This document shows, one piece after another, positions 13,729-27,836 of a stretch of DNA of 64,000 nucleotides. Under the pieces are notes generated by a model that worked only from the letters and a program-made list of their open reading frames with translations, did no database searches and was not told the DNA's origin. The stretch comes from Kondoa subrosea. Lineage: Eukaryota. Location of the stretch: assembly GCA_039545335.1 (NCBI GenBank), contig BCIN01000007.1, positions 868,001 to 932,000 of the forward strand. The letters are read 5' to 3'. Each line of letters begins with the position of its first letter. The stretch's first letter is position 1. A program made the translations under genes and the position numbers.

Positions 13729-15875
13729 TCTCCTATGTATGAGTTGCTGCGGGGCACCGAGAAATAAACCGAGGCTTGAAGTACAACTTGTTGGTAGCTA
13801 AGTTTGAAAGAGATGAATCACAATCCAGCCAATTGAGGCGCCTAATCAAGAGAAAGCGAGTGCAGTAGTGTGAAGGAGATGGATGCAGGACAACGAAGGA
13901 TTGGGTCAGCCAATGGGCAGACTTTAGAGTGCGTCATGCCCGCCAAGGGCATCTCGCTGTTTGCCGGCATTGCCATATGAGGTCCAGCTCGTGCCATCAC
14001 AACTGTAGCAGACAGGGCTGCATATGTAGCGCTCCACAGATATATTGGGCAGCAAGGTTTTTGGCTCAAGACATGTCAACGCGGGACAGCGATTGGGAAT
14101 CCAGGGCAATACCACTCCTTTGATACCACGAGCGCTTTGTACATCTGGCGGATACACGAGTCAGTACTGGACCCATTCAAAGCTCACAACATCGAGAAAA
14201 TTCGCATTCGAGAAATGCTGGCGTATTCCGAGGAGAAGACTGGTACCACGCGCTACACAGCTTCAAGACGTGCAAATAGACTGTAATCATAGCCTTATGG
14301 TCGATCACGGCATGCATTTCTTCACGACAAATCCCAAGAGCAGCAACCCTACTCCTTGCCTACTCTGGCAGATCGTCAATCGATATATGGCAGAAGCTTT
14401 CTTAGCTTCAAGATCATTGATGTACGCCTCCCTGATTTCTATGCACTCGAAAGCGATACGCAAACACTGATTGCTACCATAGGCAGACAATTGCCGATCA
14501 GTCCTGGCCAGGCTACATTAAGGTCACGAAGTCCCAAGAAGCTGCATCACACGTAGAGCAGAAGTGCCTTCTTATCGCTGATCATCAGATCGGTCTTGCG
14601 TCAGAAATCGCCTTATTGCTACTATTTCCTACAATAACATCAATATGAATCAATTCAGCTACAACCCTTGCTATTCAGCTGTACCAGAACAAAACGAAAG
14701 GACCACGTCGCCGAACTGCTGCAAATTCTGCGCATCAATCTATCTCAGAACACAGGATTACGCCAATCTCATGCTTCAATTTACGCCGAAATAGTCCACA
14801 ATGTGGCCAACCTTACTGAATCTATGCAGCAAACGTGCAGTGACAAATTCGACCGAATTCCTGCTAAATCACTTGCCAATCATTCATCATTCAAGCTAAC
14901 GAATTTGAAGCCAAGACAGCTTCGGCTGACTCTGAAATCAGGATCTTCGCATCGATCCTACAAGTCTTTCAAAGAAGTCGCAAAACAGGTTCCTCTCTTG
15001 CACGCATGTCATTTCGTTATGTATTCATTCTCTTGAGGACACTCACTCACGGAATGGCGATTTGCTTTGTGGTTTTTCTCCATGGTGATGATATGCCCAA
15101 GCTTCTTTCTGCTGGAGGAATGCTTAAAACGGAGCAGACAGCTGGAGAAGATGGAAATGTTGAGAAGAAGGATAGATACCAGAAGATTTTTGGATCAGTG
15201 CACAGCGGATATGTTCAAGAGAAAGAGGCTTACTGTGGAATTCTTACGGTTGGTTTCTAGAAAGTGGCACCCAACGAAACTGGCTACAAATCAAGCGCAT
15301 GAATGGAGCTCGGCGATGAGCACGAATGTTACGAACTGAGTCAGTCGGGCATTACTTGTGTCTACAATGATATGGAGACTGATAGTATATTCATCTTGCA
15401 GCGCTTCCAGCATTGGACGATGTAATGATCAAATTCTATACGAGAGCCGCCAGCTCCAAGCCAGTTCTCCTCTTCTGGCTAAAAAAGCGGCAAGCATGAG
15501 CATCAATGATGAAGAACCGCGTTGCCAATGTGGATCTCGGCAATTACTCTCAATCTGCAACATCCCCAGACGCTCCAAAACTCAGGTCAGTAGGTGAAGT
15601 CAGGACCAGCATTGTTGATCGCGCAGAAGGTAGTCCGGTCTGGGATGAGAATGGTCGTCGCATCAAATGTCGCTCAGCAAACGTTAGCGGACTTTGGCCC
15701 AGGCTTCTTTAGTGCTTATATAATTCTAGTCTAGCATTGATACTGTACCTATCAATGAACTAGACACTTGCCCAAACTTCTACATTTCAACAGTCTTGCT
15801 ACGGACGGCGACGGTACACAAGCAGAAGAAAGCCAAACAATCAACTGGAAAGACTGCTCAAAGATCGAAAAAGGC

Positions 15876-17409
15876 ATGCATAGAGCTCTTGAACAGCATG
15901 ACATCCTGTTCAAAATAGTTTCCGAACTTCATGAATCAAGAGTCGAGGGCAATTCCACCTGGTTCTCTACCAGGAAGCACTATACACCGTTATGTCTGGT
16001 CTCTAAAGCTTTTGCTGCCATCGCCCAAAGAGCTCTGTATCACACCATCAGTTTAGCAAGCTTTAATGTTAGAAGAACCAATAAAACTATCGCACTGTCC
16101 AAAACTTTGCAATCTAATCCCGAATTGGCTAGTATGGTTGAACGATTACAAGTGTCTGCACCTGATCATCAAGACGAAGGGTTTGAGGAAGACGCCAGTA
16201 TAGCACACGCTGCTGTCATTGCTGCTTGTCCGCAACTGCGAGTCCTGGTAGTGGAAGGCTGGACGTGGGACACAGACACGACCACGGCTCTGCGGAAAGC
16301 TGTAGCTTCTAGAACACGGCTGGAATCTCTTGAGTTGAGCACTTGGGTCGGTGATCACCCAAGCGGCTTTCTCGAGAGTGATCTGGCTCCAGTATGTGTG
16401 CATCAGCTAATGAGCGGATAACAAGTGCACCTGTCCTAGATTGCTTCAAATAGTTGCCGATATGCCAGCCCTTAGAAGTCTCACTATATTGGGGGAAACT
16501 GTTTGTAGCGTGGTGCATGAAGAAGCAGAGGATCTTGTAGCTGCAGAAGAAGCAGAAGAAGGAGAACGGGTCTTACAAAGCAAGTCAAATCCTCTTCGGC
16601 AGCCAATTATCATCAACGAAGTAGGCAGTCTCCGTTATCTTACGCACATCGATCTATGGGGCGTCGGTATGACTGAGTCTGATCTACAAGTCTTAGTCAA
16701 GCTAGCACCCAATATTGAAAGCGCATCGCTGTGGATGGACAATTGCACCGTGTCCAATATTGCCCTAGCTACCGCTATACGGAAATGGTCTCATACATTG
16801 AAAAGACTCTACTATCCAAATGTACAATGGATAGACGAGGTTCGCTTCGACCACGACATACATGAAGCTCTAGCGTCTTGCGATGCCCTGGTGACACTTG
16901 GATGTCGCACAGAATGTCTCAAGGTCTTGAAACTCGGAAGAGGTTTCCCAAACTTACAAGAACTATCGTTGTACGATGCACGCTACTCTGAAGCCTCAGC
17001 TATTGCCAAAGCTCTCAAGAACCGAGAAGGTCTGCACACGCTATGGGTGGATTTCGCGATGCTTGATTGGCTCAAAGACAAGAAAGAACGAAGAGAAGGT
17101 GGAGATATCGGGAACAGTGAAGATTGGCGAGAGATTGACAAGATCTGCCAAATGAAGAACATCAAGTTTCGATGCCGAGAGAAAGAGAAGGATTTGGATC
17201 CAGAAAATTTTAGCCCGCCTATCCTATTTCCAGATCCTTGTCAACCTCCATATCCTCAAAATCATGATTTCGATGATGTGCAATCCAATATCACAGAGGA
17301 AGATTGGGGTGATCATGATGTCAATATGCCTGATGATTGGATCGGTGACGATTCGGAAGAGGCAGAATGGGAAGACGAGGACGATCAGCAATACGTATCG
17401 GATGGTTGA
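15876..17409 (+). CDS. F-box-like / LRR (RNI-like) protein with acidic C-terminus
   Basis: LCLVSKAFAAIAQRALYHTISL, ACPQLRVL, LRR-like repeats; one intron at about 16393-16439. Confidence 0.7.
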
Positions 17410-18767
17410 TAGCAGAAGATTGATGCAGGCGCGACTTTGTCACCTCGAGCAGCATCTTGTTCTGTGAGTTAGTGATTGACATAGCGCTTGTTCCGCAGCT
17501 TTATATCTGAAGTGCTTTTGACCGATAAGTCGTCCGAATTCTCTTCAGGCACTTGGTGCTGACAAAGTTACTTCATCTCTACCACGTCCTTTGTCTGAAT
17601 TTGCGAAATTTGACTGACTTGAGATTTTTGTCAACAGATTTATTTTAGAGCTCGAGATCCAGTTCATATAATTACTGTACCTGCTTGTCGTCCCAAGTGC
17701 TGCTCGAAATGAGACTGGTTCTCTGGCAGTTGTAGAATGTCGCATTGAACTGCACTCAAAATCAACAGCGGTCCTCTACAAAAGGGCGTTCTCTCTCTTT
17801 TTCCTCTCCTTATCCCAAACATGCTTCACTTTCCTCCTTCTCTCAAAACGCTCACCCCCGTTCTGTTTCGCTTGTTTGCACCGGAATCGAGACAGAGTCA
17901 TACCAGTGCTTCCCCTGATCAGCGTGCTCCAGCGATTGCTCTTCTTGTTGATGAGAGTAATCAGCTTTCGCGGTCAGTCAAAGTAGGACTGAAGCAAAAG
18001 TTTACGTATGTTGTTGCGTGCGCCCGCTTGCACTGTGCGAAGTGCGCAACCGCTTCCGAAGATGTCACGGAGCGCAAGAGTCTCTGCTCACGTCCTTCTC
18101 AGAGCTATGTACTTCAAAACGCTTACGCATCACTCAGTCTCCCTCTCACGTCGCTACAGCTGCGCAATTGGACTTCAAAAGCGACATTGGAAAGAAGGTG
18201 GACATAAGCAGGCGAGACATCTGTGATTGCATGCAAACTCTTCCGAAACTGCGCAACAGACTTGACAAGAATGTGCGCAGTGAAGATGTGAAAGGAGAAA
18301 TGAAGATGGCAAAATTTAGTACTGTAGTCATGGAAATGACACATTGTCTCAATGTGCCGAGGTGACCCGTTACGTCTCTACCTTTGTTGCACTTTTCCAG
18401 CTTGTCCACGTACAGCTTTTTACCTAGGCGAGAAAGTATAGGCGAGTGAATTTAGCGGCTCCCGGCCCTTCCTCGTGGTTTATCCTGCCTTACGCTCGAT
18501 AGCCGACGAATAGCCGATTGTTTCGTCGTAAAGCGCATTGCCGTTGTCTTTTCCTTCAACCAGCAATCCTACAAGCAAGCTCCAGCAACCTGCAAATCAA
18601 ATCAATCGTTCCAGCGCCGGCGCCCTTAGCATCATACCGAATCCTTTCGAGTTTCCTCAATCTGTCAAATAAAGTGAGATCTACCATTCGACGGTGGCTA
18701 AGCTGATTCATAGCACAGCTATCAGTCTCATATCTACATTCTTATCACATACCTAGCAGTCCCAATC

Positions 18768-19964
18768 ATGCGCTCTAGAAGTGTCACCATTTCCAAAGCA
18801 GAAGGTGAGCTGTCCCTTGACATCCGGGTCATTTCGCTGATCTATCCATTCATAGTCTTGACCGATGTTGAGCTATGGGGCGCTCAGAAGAGTTCTGATA
18901 TACTCAAAGAAGCTTTGGCTTCGCACAACAGCATCGCTTCTTGGTGTACTTCCCTCAACAACACCATTCTTCCACTCACAAGCGATCCGTTACCAACTTC
19001 AGATGCTCTGGCCGCAATGATTGGGAAGCTGGTTTTCAGTCAATGCTTCGAAACCTTCGTTGTGGAATTAGAGAAACTCACCTTGAAGACTCCCAGAACC
19101 ATGGCTGATGTGGACGCACTCGCTCAAACAGCTGAAGCTCTACATCCTGTCTACTTTTGTCTTTCTACCATTGGCAATTGCCCTCCATCTCTGGTGGAAC
19201 GTTTCCTAGAAGCAGCCATTACAGCAGAACTTGTCTTTGCCGACATTACTCTACAACTCTGGCTTCATGAGCGCTCTTTGAGTGAACCGACACTGAAGGC
19301 TACATCAAGAGAACCCAGCATTCTGCATATCAAGGAGTCTTTCACCTGTTTGTGCGCCCTTCTTTTGCGTCATTCAGCTGTCAAGATCAAGCCAACGGTT
19401 GGATTCCGCTGTACAACGACTCCAAGCGAGCAAGGTCTTCACATTTCCGCCGAACCTCAGATCACTCGTAAATCCCTAATCCTCTCGCAACTTCTCAGTA
19501 TCGTCGATCAATCTGCCCAAACCAGTATCATCTCCCTCATGCTCGCCCTAAATTACCCTGTTACCAAAATACCAGACATTCCAGACTCAATTCGACAAGC
19601 ATCTTCATTACCAACAGCTCAAGAAAGGCTTGATTTCGCTTATCCTGGCATCATTTTCGACATCAAAGTCTTGCAGACGGAAGTATGTCTTAATTGCGGC
19701 TTCTGGAAAGATATTGGTCAAGGGATGCGCTACAAAGTATGCGGAGGATGTTTTACCGCTTCCTAGTACGTTTGGAACAATCATACGCTGACTGAGCTGA
19801 CTCGTCGTCTTGTGTAGTTGTTCGAGTAGATGTGCGAGAGAGCATTGGAGGGACGGGAAGCACAAGCAGGTCAGTCTCTTGATTCTATTTTACTAGCGCT
19901 GGAGTTGACGGAAGTGCAACAGACTTGCAGCGGCATTGGGAGCAAATACCGCCCTGTTGTATAA
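18768..19964 (+). CDS. MYND-type zinc finger protein
   Basis: Spliced C-terminus CLNC...YKVCGGCFTASY|CSSRCAREHWRDGKHKQ|TC fits the MYND consensus. Confidence 0.8.
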
Positions 19965-20388
19965 TTAATTATTCTTAGATTTTAACTTATTGCTATTGTC
20001 AAGCATTCGCATTCGATTTCAGGTGTAGTAAGAGCCTATTCGCTACTTACGCCAATTCCTGTCTGTTCTTCTCTTTCGCGCTAGCTACATCAGCCCATCA
20101 GACTAGAGTAAGCCACACACGTACGTCTCAGATTCTTTCATTCCTTCGGGCGGACATTTGAGAGAGTTTGAAGGGCATCATTACAGAACAATGTGTTCTG
20201 ACTATACCCTCTTCTGATCTATAGAGTCTCCATGATCTCGAGCTCCATATGCGCTACCCTTCCTTCTGTGAAGCTGCTCTCCACCTCTAAAATACTTCAT
20301 CGGGGCTATACCTGGTGCTGGGTGCAATCGCTAATCTCTCGATTACCTCCTCATCGATTCTCCTAAGCCTTGTTAGTACTGCACAGAT

Positions 20389-21082
20389 CATGTCCCGCGC
20401 TTCAGCGCCGACCAGACCCAAACCCAATGCACGACAGTGGCGTCAAGGTTCAGAAGTCCCGCGCGAGCTTGCTCAGCCAGTAACGCATACCATTCTATCT
20501 CATTCCATCCGTCAGCCCGAGATCTCGCAACCTTATCGTCAAGCATATCCGTCAACAATTTCTCTTAGAGCATATCGCAGACCCGTTCGAGTATCACCGT
20601 TCTTTCAACTTCAACCTCAAGTTGTCCTGAATCGCGTCATGCCTGTTTCGAAGCAGGGCCTAGCGCCCACCTCGAGATACATAAAGAGGCCTCGACCGAT
20701 CGGCAACAACGAATCACGAGTTGTAGCGGGACCATCGCGAGAGCATCAAGGTGAGTTCTTGATTGATGCACCGCCCTAATGCTCAGAACAAAGAATCGAA
20801 TAGTTCCGATCGATTGGCGAGCAATGCAAGCACATGAGGATGCTGCAGCTGGCAGCTGACCGTCAATACCAGAAGTATGTCAAGAGGTTACAGGAGGAGA
20901 GAGCAAATCAACCTGCTCAATTGCGAGATGACAGAAGAATTAGAGCAACGCGCCCTCGCGAGAGTAGACTTGATCAGACGCGACAGCCAAAGGGCAAGAG
21001 AGAGTCTCGCGCGATGAAGCCAAAAGCCGGAGTGCACATACTTCCCAGTGTAGCAGAACATGATCTTGCAGAGTCTGAATAA
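20389..21082 (+). CDS. Hypothetical basic (Arg/Gln-rich) protein, two exons
   Basis: ORFs 20315-20779 and 20834-21082 linked by a GTGAGT...CTAAT...TAG intron. Confidence 0.45.
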
Positions 21083-21090
21083 GTTTACAC

Positions 21091-22707
21091 CTATCTGTCA
21101 CCGGCTCGGGACTTGACCACTTTATCCTTGAGAATCTTCTCTTTCAGCAGCCCTTCCCTATCAACCGACTAAGTTTGCATCAGCCTTTGTTGCCAATCAG
21201 ACAGTATAAACACTTACTTCTTCTGCTGGTGGAGTACTAGCAGCTCTATCTCTCGGAGTCGGAGGGCTAGGACTTCGTTTCCGCTCCCTCTCCCTTTCTT
21301 TTCGAGGTGGTGGAGATCGATCTCTTCTAGATGATCTTCTATCATCATCTCTAGACCTAGAGCGACTTCTCCTTCTCCTTGAGTCTCTTCGATCATCAGG
21401 TGAATAACTTCTTCTTCTTCTGTTGTCTTCCCTTTCTCTACTACGTTTAGGTGGAGGAGGACTTTCATCCAACAAACCACCTTCATCAAGTAAAGGTGAT
21501 TTGGCTCTTTCGTTATCCGGAGGAGGAGGGGGAGAAGATGATCTTCTTCTTCTACGATCATCTGGACTAGGAGATCTCCTTCTTTTGCCTTCATTTCTTT
21601 TTTCAGGTTCTGAGCTATCTCGTCTTCTTCTTTCACGACTTGGATCTCTGGATCTAGATCTAGTGCGATCTCTTCTGCCTGATCGTCTACGAGGCGGAGA
21701 ACGAGATCGAGAGTAGGAACGAGCGCGACGTGAACGTTTTTTGGATGGTGGAGAGTGTGAGCGAGAACGAGAACGGCTGGAAGAAAATGATCTGGATCTA
21801 GATCTTGAACGACCTCTAGGTGAAGGAGATCTTCGACGAGGTGAAGGTGAACGACGGCGCTACACACTCTATTAGACTGTGCTGACGAAAAGCGGTCAGA
21901 AGCTTACATCATGGCGTCTATCTGGAGAAGGTGACCGTCGACGCTGTAAGGATTCTCAGCACGATTCGTTAGTTGTAGGCATTAAAAAGAAAGCGCACAT
22001 CGTTTCTGTTGTTTCGATAGCCGTTATCTCGTTCACCACCTCTGAACGATCCTCTGCCTCTGCCTCTTCCACGTCCGCGATCATCTCTAGCACCTCTTTC
22101 CCTTTGACGAACTTCATCCAATCTCGCTTGACCAGCCTGGAAAGAACCTGCTTCGTCTTTCCGTCTAGTGAGAGCTAATTCCTGTTCTTCTTTGCGTTTC
22201 CTCATCTCTTCTTTCTTTTGTTCAATAAACTCAGCAGGCACTTTGACAGGAGAATCTTGTGCTGACAACAGTAGTTTCCATAATTCCGTCATAAAGATTG
22301 GCGTTTTCTTTTCCAGGAAACCAGTCAAGCTGATTTGCATCTTCTTTGCATCGATGATCTGTTAGACCCGAGATCAGTCTCTATCACGTAGGTGATACAA
22401 CCGATAAGGCTAACCGGTTGAGCTTCGTCTTCAAGCAGACCATTGACATACTCAATAACGACCTCATCTTCAAATCCAAGCAGAGAATTGATTTTCTGGG
22501 CAATCCAAGGTTTCATGACTGAGAGCTCTACTTTGCGCATATCGACTTTCTTCTCGAAAGAATCGTCAAACTTCATAGTACGAAGCAATTTTGCTGTTTT
22601 GTCCTTGAATCTGTTGTCCTGCTCCAAGCTGGTACCTCCTGTAGTGAATCAATGAGCATCTAACACAATTCAGAGCCAGTGCAAGCCTAACGGTATCCTT
22701 CTGCCAT
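21091..22707 (-). CDS. PWI-domain SR-related splicing factor (SRRM1/SRm160-like)
   Basis: GTSLEQDNRF, KVDMRKVELSVMKPWIAQKI, MQISLTGFLEKKTPIFMTELWKLLLSAQ, long RS region. Confidence 0.92.
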
Positions 22708-22929
22708 TTTGAGTTTCTATAAGATGAACAGCAAGCTTGCCTCGAGCTGTACAGAAGTGATCTCTTGACGCCCGTTTACTCGATTGCGGATGTCAGTGCT
22801 CTACGTTGAGCTACTGAAAGACGAGGAGACAGAGACGAGGCAACGGTTTAATGACAACCTGTTCAAAATATATGGAATCAAGCTCTACTCACACCCACCG
22901 GCTTGACTGATAGGCCAATATTCCTGAGC

Positions 22930-25900
22930 ATGGCTCCTTCCGCTCAAGATATAGTGGATTCCTTCTTAGTTGTTGAGAATGCCCAGGAATCGACTCTGCC
23001 TGATGATCTCTTACAATTTATACCGTCCTCTATTTCTTTGCTTGGGCTGGTCAAACTGCTCAGAGATGCTTTGACGAGCGAGCATGAAGCTACTAGAACA
23101 AGAGGTTCCTTTCTCTTCGAGCTGTGCTGTGTTTCAAGGGAATGATGCTTGTTTTGTTCGCCAGGTGTTGGCTTGCTCGCTATCGTCATTAAGAAGCTAC
23201 CAAAAGATGCTGTAAAGCGTCAAGAAGGTTTGATGATCTCTTTACTTTTGGTATGGTGATAATTCTAAGCACATTTGGCGATGGAACAGCCCGAACCTTG
23301 ACGGACTTCTTCACTTCTGAATCTACATTGGCAACTCCATCAATCATAGAAGCATTGGAGGGTCTTACTGCTCTAGCTCAATTACCTACATTCGGATCTG
23401 GAGATGCTCAGCAGGTCTGCAAAGCGTATGTCTCGTATTGATTGTTGTCGAGCTCTCAAATAGCTTATATATGGCAGTATCTTCGAGCACGTCTCTATGT
23501 CGAAATACAATCAAAGCATCCGGTTTCTAGTATACACTCTTATTGACACTCTTCTAGCCAAACACCTTTCCGGTTTGTTTTTCCCTTCAACGTTCTTACA
23601 TTTCACTCAATTTAGGGTATCAGGTCTAGTCAAAATGGGTACACCTTTTCTTAAAGGTTACTGTGCTCTAGCAGAAGGTGAAAAAGATCCAAGAAACCTC
23701 AAACTAGCTTTCTCTATCGCTCGAGTCATCTTACTAGAATGCGACATCACTTCTTGCGTGGATGATATGTTCGACATCACTTTTTGTTATTTCCCAATCA
23801 ATTTCACTCCACCAAAAGATGATCCTTATGGTATCACATCGGAAGAATTACAGATTGCTTTGAGGCATACTTTAAGTGCTACACCTTTGTTTGGTCCTTT
23901 GGCTTTACCTTTATTATTGGACAAATTACAAGCGTCGACGAAATCAGCGAAATCTCAGTCATTGAGAGCGATAGAGGAATGTTTTCCCGTTTATGGCCAA
24001 GCTTGTGTATTGGAAATGGATCGGGTTTTCTGGGAAGCACTCTGCGTTGAAGTAGGTACAATTGCGCCTTGTCGGTTATAATAAGGCTAAACAGAGAGTG
24101 ATAGGTGTTTCATGCTACCGATAAAGAAATGGAAGCACTTGCTTTGACAGCCTTGAAAGCCTTCCTCGCTACTCTCTATCCTGAAGATCAACAAAGTATA
24201 AAAGGAGTAGCCCTCAAGTTATGTGAACACTGTCTTGGTGAACTCAAAGAAGCAGATAAGAGTCAAGCTGGAGTGGCTGTCAAGATCCTTGGTACAGCTA
24301 TAGAAGCTTCAACTCCTTTGGCTACCTTTGTACTAGAGAAGAGTTTGCCCACATTCATGGCTACTTTGCGAGCTCCGGAAGAAGCTTCACAACGACCTGC
24401 TGCTATAGGCCATCTGGCCACCTTACTTTCCTCTCTGCGCAAACTACCAGAACCAAATCTTACACCTTTCGAAGAAGATAAAGATGAATTGATTTCTCTT
24501 CTTGCATCATTCTCTCGGATCGAAACTTCTCGTACACAATCTTTGCAATGCTTGGTCCACTTTGCACACCTCCCATCTTTCCTCCTGGACGTAGAGAAAG
24601 CTTACGTCGTCTCCATTTTCAATGATCTACTGAAGCAACCAGAAATAGCAGAAGATGCAACCGAGACCCATTCAATCTTGTCTGGACTAGTTCAGCTCAT
24701 CGACCTAATACCAAGAGAAATTGAACGTTCCACACTACCTATTCTCTTTGCTCAATTACCTACCGAAGCAACACCAGGCGAAGAAAGTTATAAACTCGCC
24801 TTGAATTCTTTAGCTCGCCTATGCATCAATCCACACTTGACCCAAACTTTCACCTTACGCATTATGACTCGATTTGAATCGCTGCAAGACAAGAGTCAGC
24901 TTCTTTACGCTCATCATTTACTTTTCTCTTTACTTGCTACTTTGAAAGCTAAAACTGCAAAGGGCGATCAAGATCTACCTATTTACTCTGATGGAGTAAT
25001 AGGGAGGTTGTTCCGTTTCTTCCTTGTGGGTCAAGGACATGTGAAAGAAGACTCGAGAATAGCGGATGAAGCTGGTCAAATAGTTGGCGTGCTTGTGAGA
25101 TCTCTGGATGAGAGGTATGACTTTGTTGTTAGCCTGAAGCAAAGGCTCACAAAGAACCAGCCGGCAGGATGATCTGTCAAGGTCTTTCAGCGAAGCAATC
25201 TGGAACAAGAAGCCTAATGAAATGCTGAATCTCGCACCGGGCAACAAGCAGATTGTTGAAAGTCTGGATGTTTTCTCGGTTCATTCTGCCATGGTTCCAC
25301 TGAGATTCAAGCTGATACACGTGACAGGCTTCTGTACTTCCCGCTGAGCTGAATACGCTTATCCTGTACAACTACGCCTTACTACAACTCCGGCCGAGTA
25401 TACTGTTACAGCTAGATCCAGCATCAATATGTCAGATCTACCTGAACAAATCCCTAGAATGGTCAGATGATCTCGTACGAATATCGGCACAAAAAGTACT
25501 CGCTTCTCTGGTCAACAAATGCCTGGATCGTTAGTCTAAGGCATTTCTATATCAGTCCCGTACTGTTTCTGATTTGCGTATACACAGAGCTATCACCCTT
25601 TCTGGCTTCGGTCGACGAATGCTGGACTCAGGTTGCTGCAAATGCTTCGGCAGACTTATCAAACCGAACATATGCTATTCAGACTATAGCTTGGGTCAGC
25701 AACACTCTACGCCTGCAAAAAGAGACAACTCTGACTCTTCCGTGCAGTTAATTCGAGGTCTGGTCGTGAGATCCGATGCTCGAGGCTATACTCTCTTGGA
25801 CAAGCTATTATCACTCTTCGAAGATCAGCAAGTCGGTCGCATAGCAGCTCGTGCGCTCGATATCGTTGGCCGCGACGATGGAGAGGTGCTCTCGAAGAGC

Positions 25901-26519
25901 AATTTCTCAACTATCAAGGTGCGTTGCTGTTGCTGTCTGATAAATGATACCTCATACTGGCGTTAGCTTCTATACAAACAACGACTGTTCTCTTCCACCT
26001 TGTCTAAAATCGTAGCAGGGTATCAAACAACTTCAGATAAAGCTGTCTATCTGGTAGCGCTCTCGGTCTTACTTCGCAACATCCCTCGACAGCTGTCAAT
26101 CTCTGAGCTGCCAAAGGTGATTGCCAGACATCTTCATTGTGAACATTTCCTGATGTTGTTCACAGCTCATGCCTCTCCTCTTACAAGCGCTCGATCTACC
26201 TGACACCGATCTTCGCGGCAACGTGATCGATACAGTAGCTCTTCTCACTCGAGAATCACCAGATGCCGTTTCTGAACATTCATCAACAATCATCAATTCC
26301 CTCTTGACTAACGCACTCGATACCTCTTCAACTGTTTCTACCCGAATAGCAGCTCTGAAGTGTTTAGCTGTCTTCCCTGAAAAACTCGCTTATCTTACCA
26401 TTCAACATCAGAAACTCAATGTCATCAAACAATTGGGTTCAGTTTTAGACGATAAGCGGAAGCTGATCAGAAGGGAAGCAGTAGATACAAGAGCGAAGTG
26501 GTATTTGCTTAGCGGATAG
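22930..26519 (+). CDS. MMS19: MMS19/Met18 cytosolic Fe-S assembly targeting protein
   Basis: EGEKDPRNL, FDITFCYFPINFTPPKDDPYGIT, C-terminal LDDKRKLIRREAVDTRAKW. Confidence 0.95.
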
Positions 26520-26564
26520 ATGAAATAGATGAGACGAATATAATAAAATGTATAATAGATGCTT

Positions 26565-27485
26565 TCATAAACCTAATTGCTGCCGTACTTGAGCTCGTAT
26601 CCTCGCTTCGTATTCCGCCTTGTTCGTTCGATATACCTTCTGTATACGTTTATCAGCGTGGTTACCAAGAGATAGGCAATGTTTTACACGTACGCATGCA
26701 TCGCTGTACGTAGGCACAGTCCGATCAGCTACTATCTAGCGTGATCAATTTGGTCAGACGTACATATTCGCTCCACTCTCTACATTGGGTTCTAAGACTG
26801 AGTCAGACTCTGACCGGCCTCTCGATCGCGCAAGAAGCTCACCCGCTAGCATACTGACAACACTCAGCAGAATTCTGTTTGTCATTGGTGGTCAGATTAC
26901 AGCCACTAATATCAGGACGAAAGAGAACTTACTTCTCTATTGACTGTACAGGTGACCAGCGTTCGTTCGCAGCTTCATAATGCATAGGATCATCACCAGG
27001 TGAGTGCAATATCGATATACAAACTTCTCCATTCGCATATACTGCAACGCAAATTATGAATATATTGATAGATGCACTATCAGCAAGGAGTGCTCACTGT
27101 TAGGATGAAAGATTGGAGGGTTGAATTTCATTTTGGGAGGTTGCAGAGGATAATCGCGTGGGAAAGTCAAGATAGCAGTAAAGAGTCCTCCTTCGAATGG
27201 AGTATCGTCTGGTCCTTTAATCAACGCTTCCCATTCGAAGAAGTTGTCTTCAGAAACAGGGCCTGTTGCGAATACTCAGTGAGTCCTCGAGAATCAAGCT
27301 GCCTCATTGATGAAGCAACTGACCAGCTGTAAACATCTCATCATCTCTACCACTAGATGCACTGAGTTGTTTGTACTGTGGACAGAGCAATGAGCTCCAG
27401 TCTCGAGATCCGTGTCATAACGTCGTCCACTGACTTCGACCATTAAACGCTTAAGAGCTCCTGCTGCTAGATTGCGATTATTCAT
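26565..27485 (-). CDS. UBC7: Ubiquitin-conjugating enzyme E2 (Ubc7/UBE2G2)
   Basis: Spliced translation ...[14 protein letters not shown]...[62 protein letters not shown]; has the acidic-loop insertion typical of Ubc7. Confidence 0.95.
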
Positions 27486-27836
27486 GTCTCAGAAAGATGA
27501 GCGGTGAGCTGGATGAAGGCAGATGTAAGTGATAAAAGCTTGGCCGTAATAAGCAACAATGCAACATTATTGCGCGACAAAAGTGGTTCGGTCAATGTTC
27601 ATTGCTCGAATTTCTAGTCATGCAGACCAGTCTTCTTCGTAAGGAAGTGTAAAATTGCAAAGTTGTCTCATGCCTATACAGCCATGACCTTGCGATAGGT
27701 AAAACTGGATGAAGTTGAATTTGTCAGAGTAATTCAAAGCGCAGCATTCATCGTAAAGAGGAGAAAGAGAGAACAAATTGCATAAAAGGTCTAAATAAAT
27801 ACAATACTGCTACGCAAAGACGGCGTCGAGAAAGTT

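Noticed and set aside
13842..15712. Cluster of short ORFs upstream of the transporter
   Set aside because: No consistent exon model or recognisable domain; cannot be supported as a gene or mobile element.
17821..18409. Overlapping short Cys-containing ORFs
   Set aside because: No coherent frame or splice model.
21214..21867. Alternative-frame and antisense ORFs over the RS region
   Set aside because: Shadows of the low-complexity RS coding sequence of the SRRM1-like gene.
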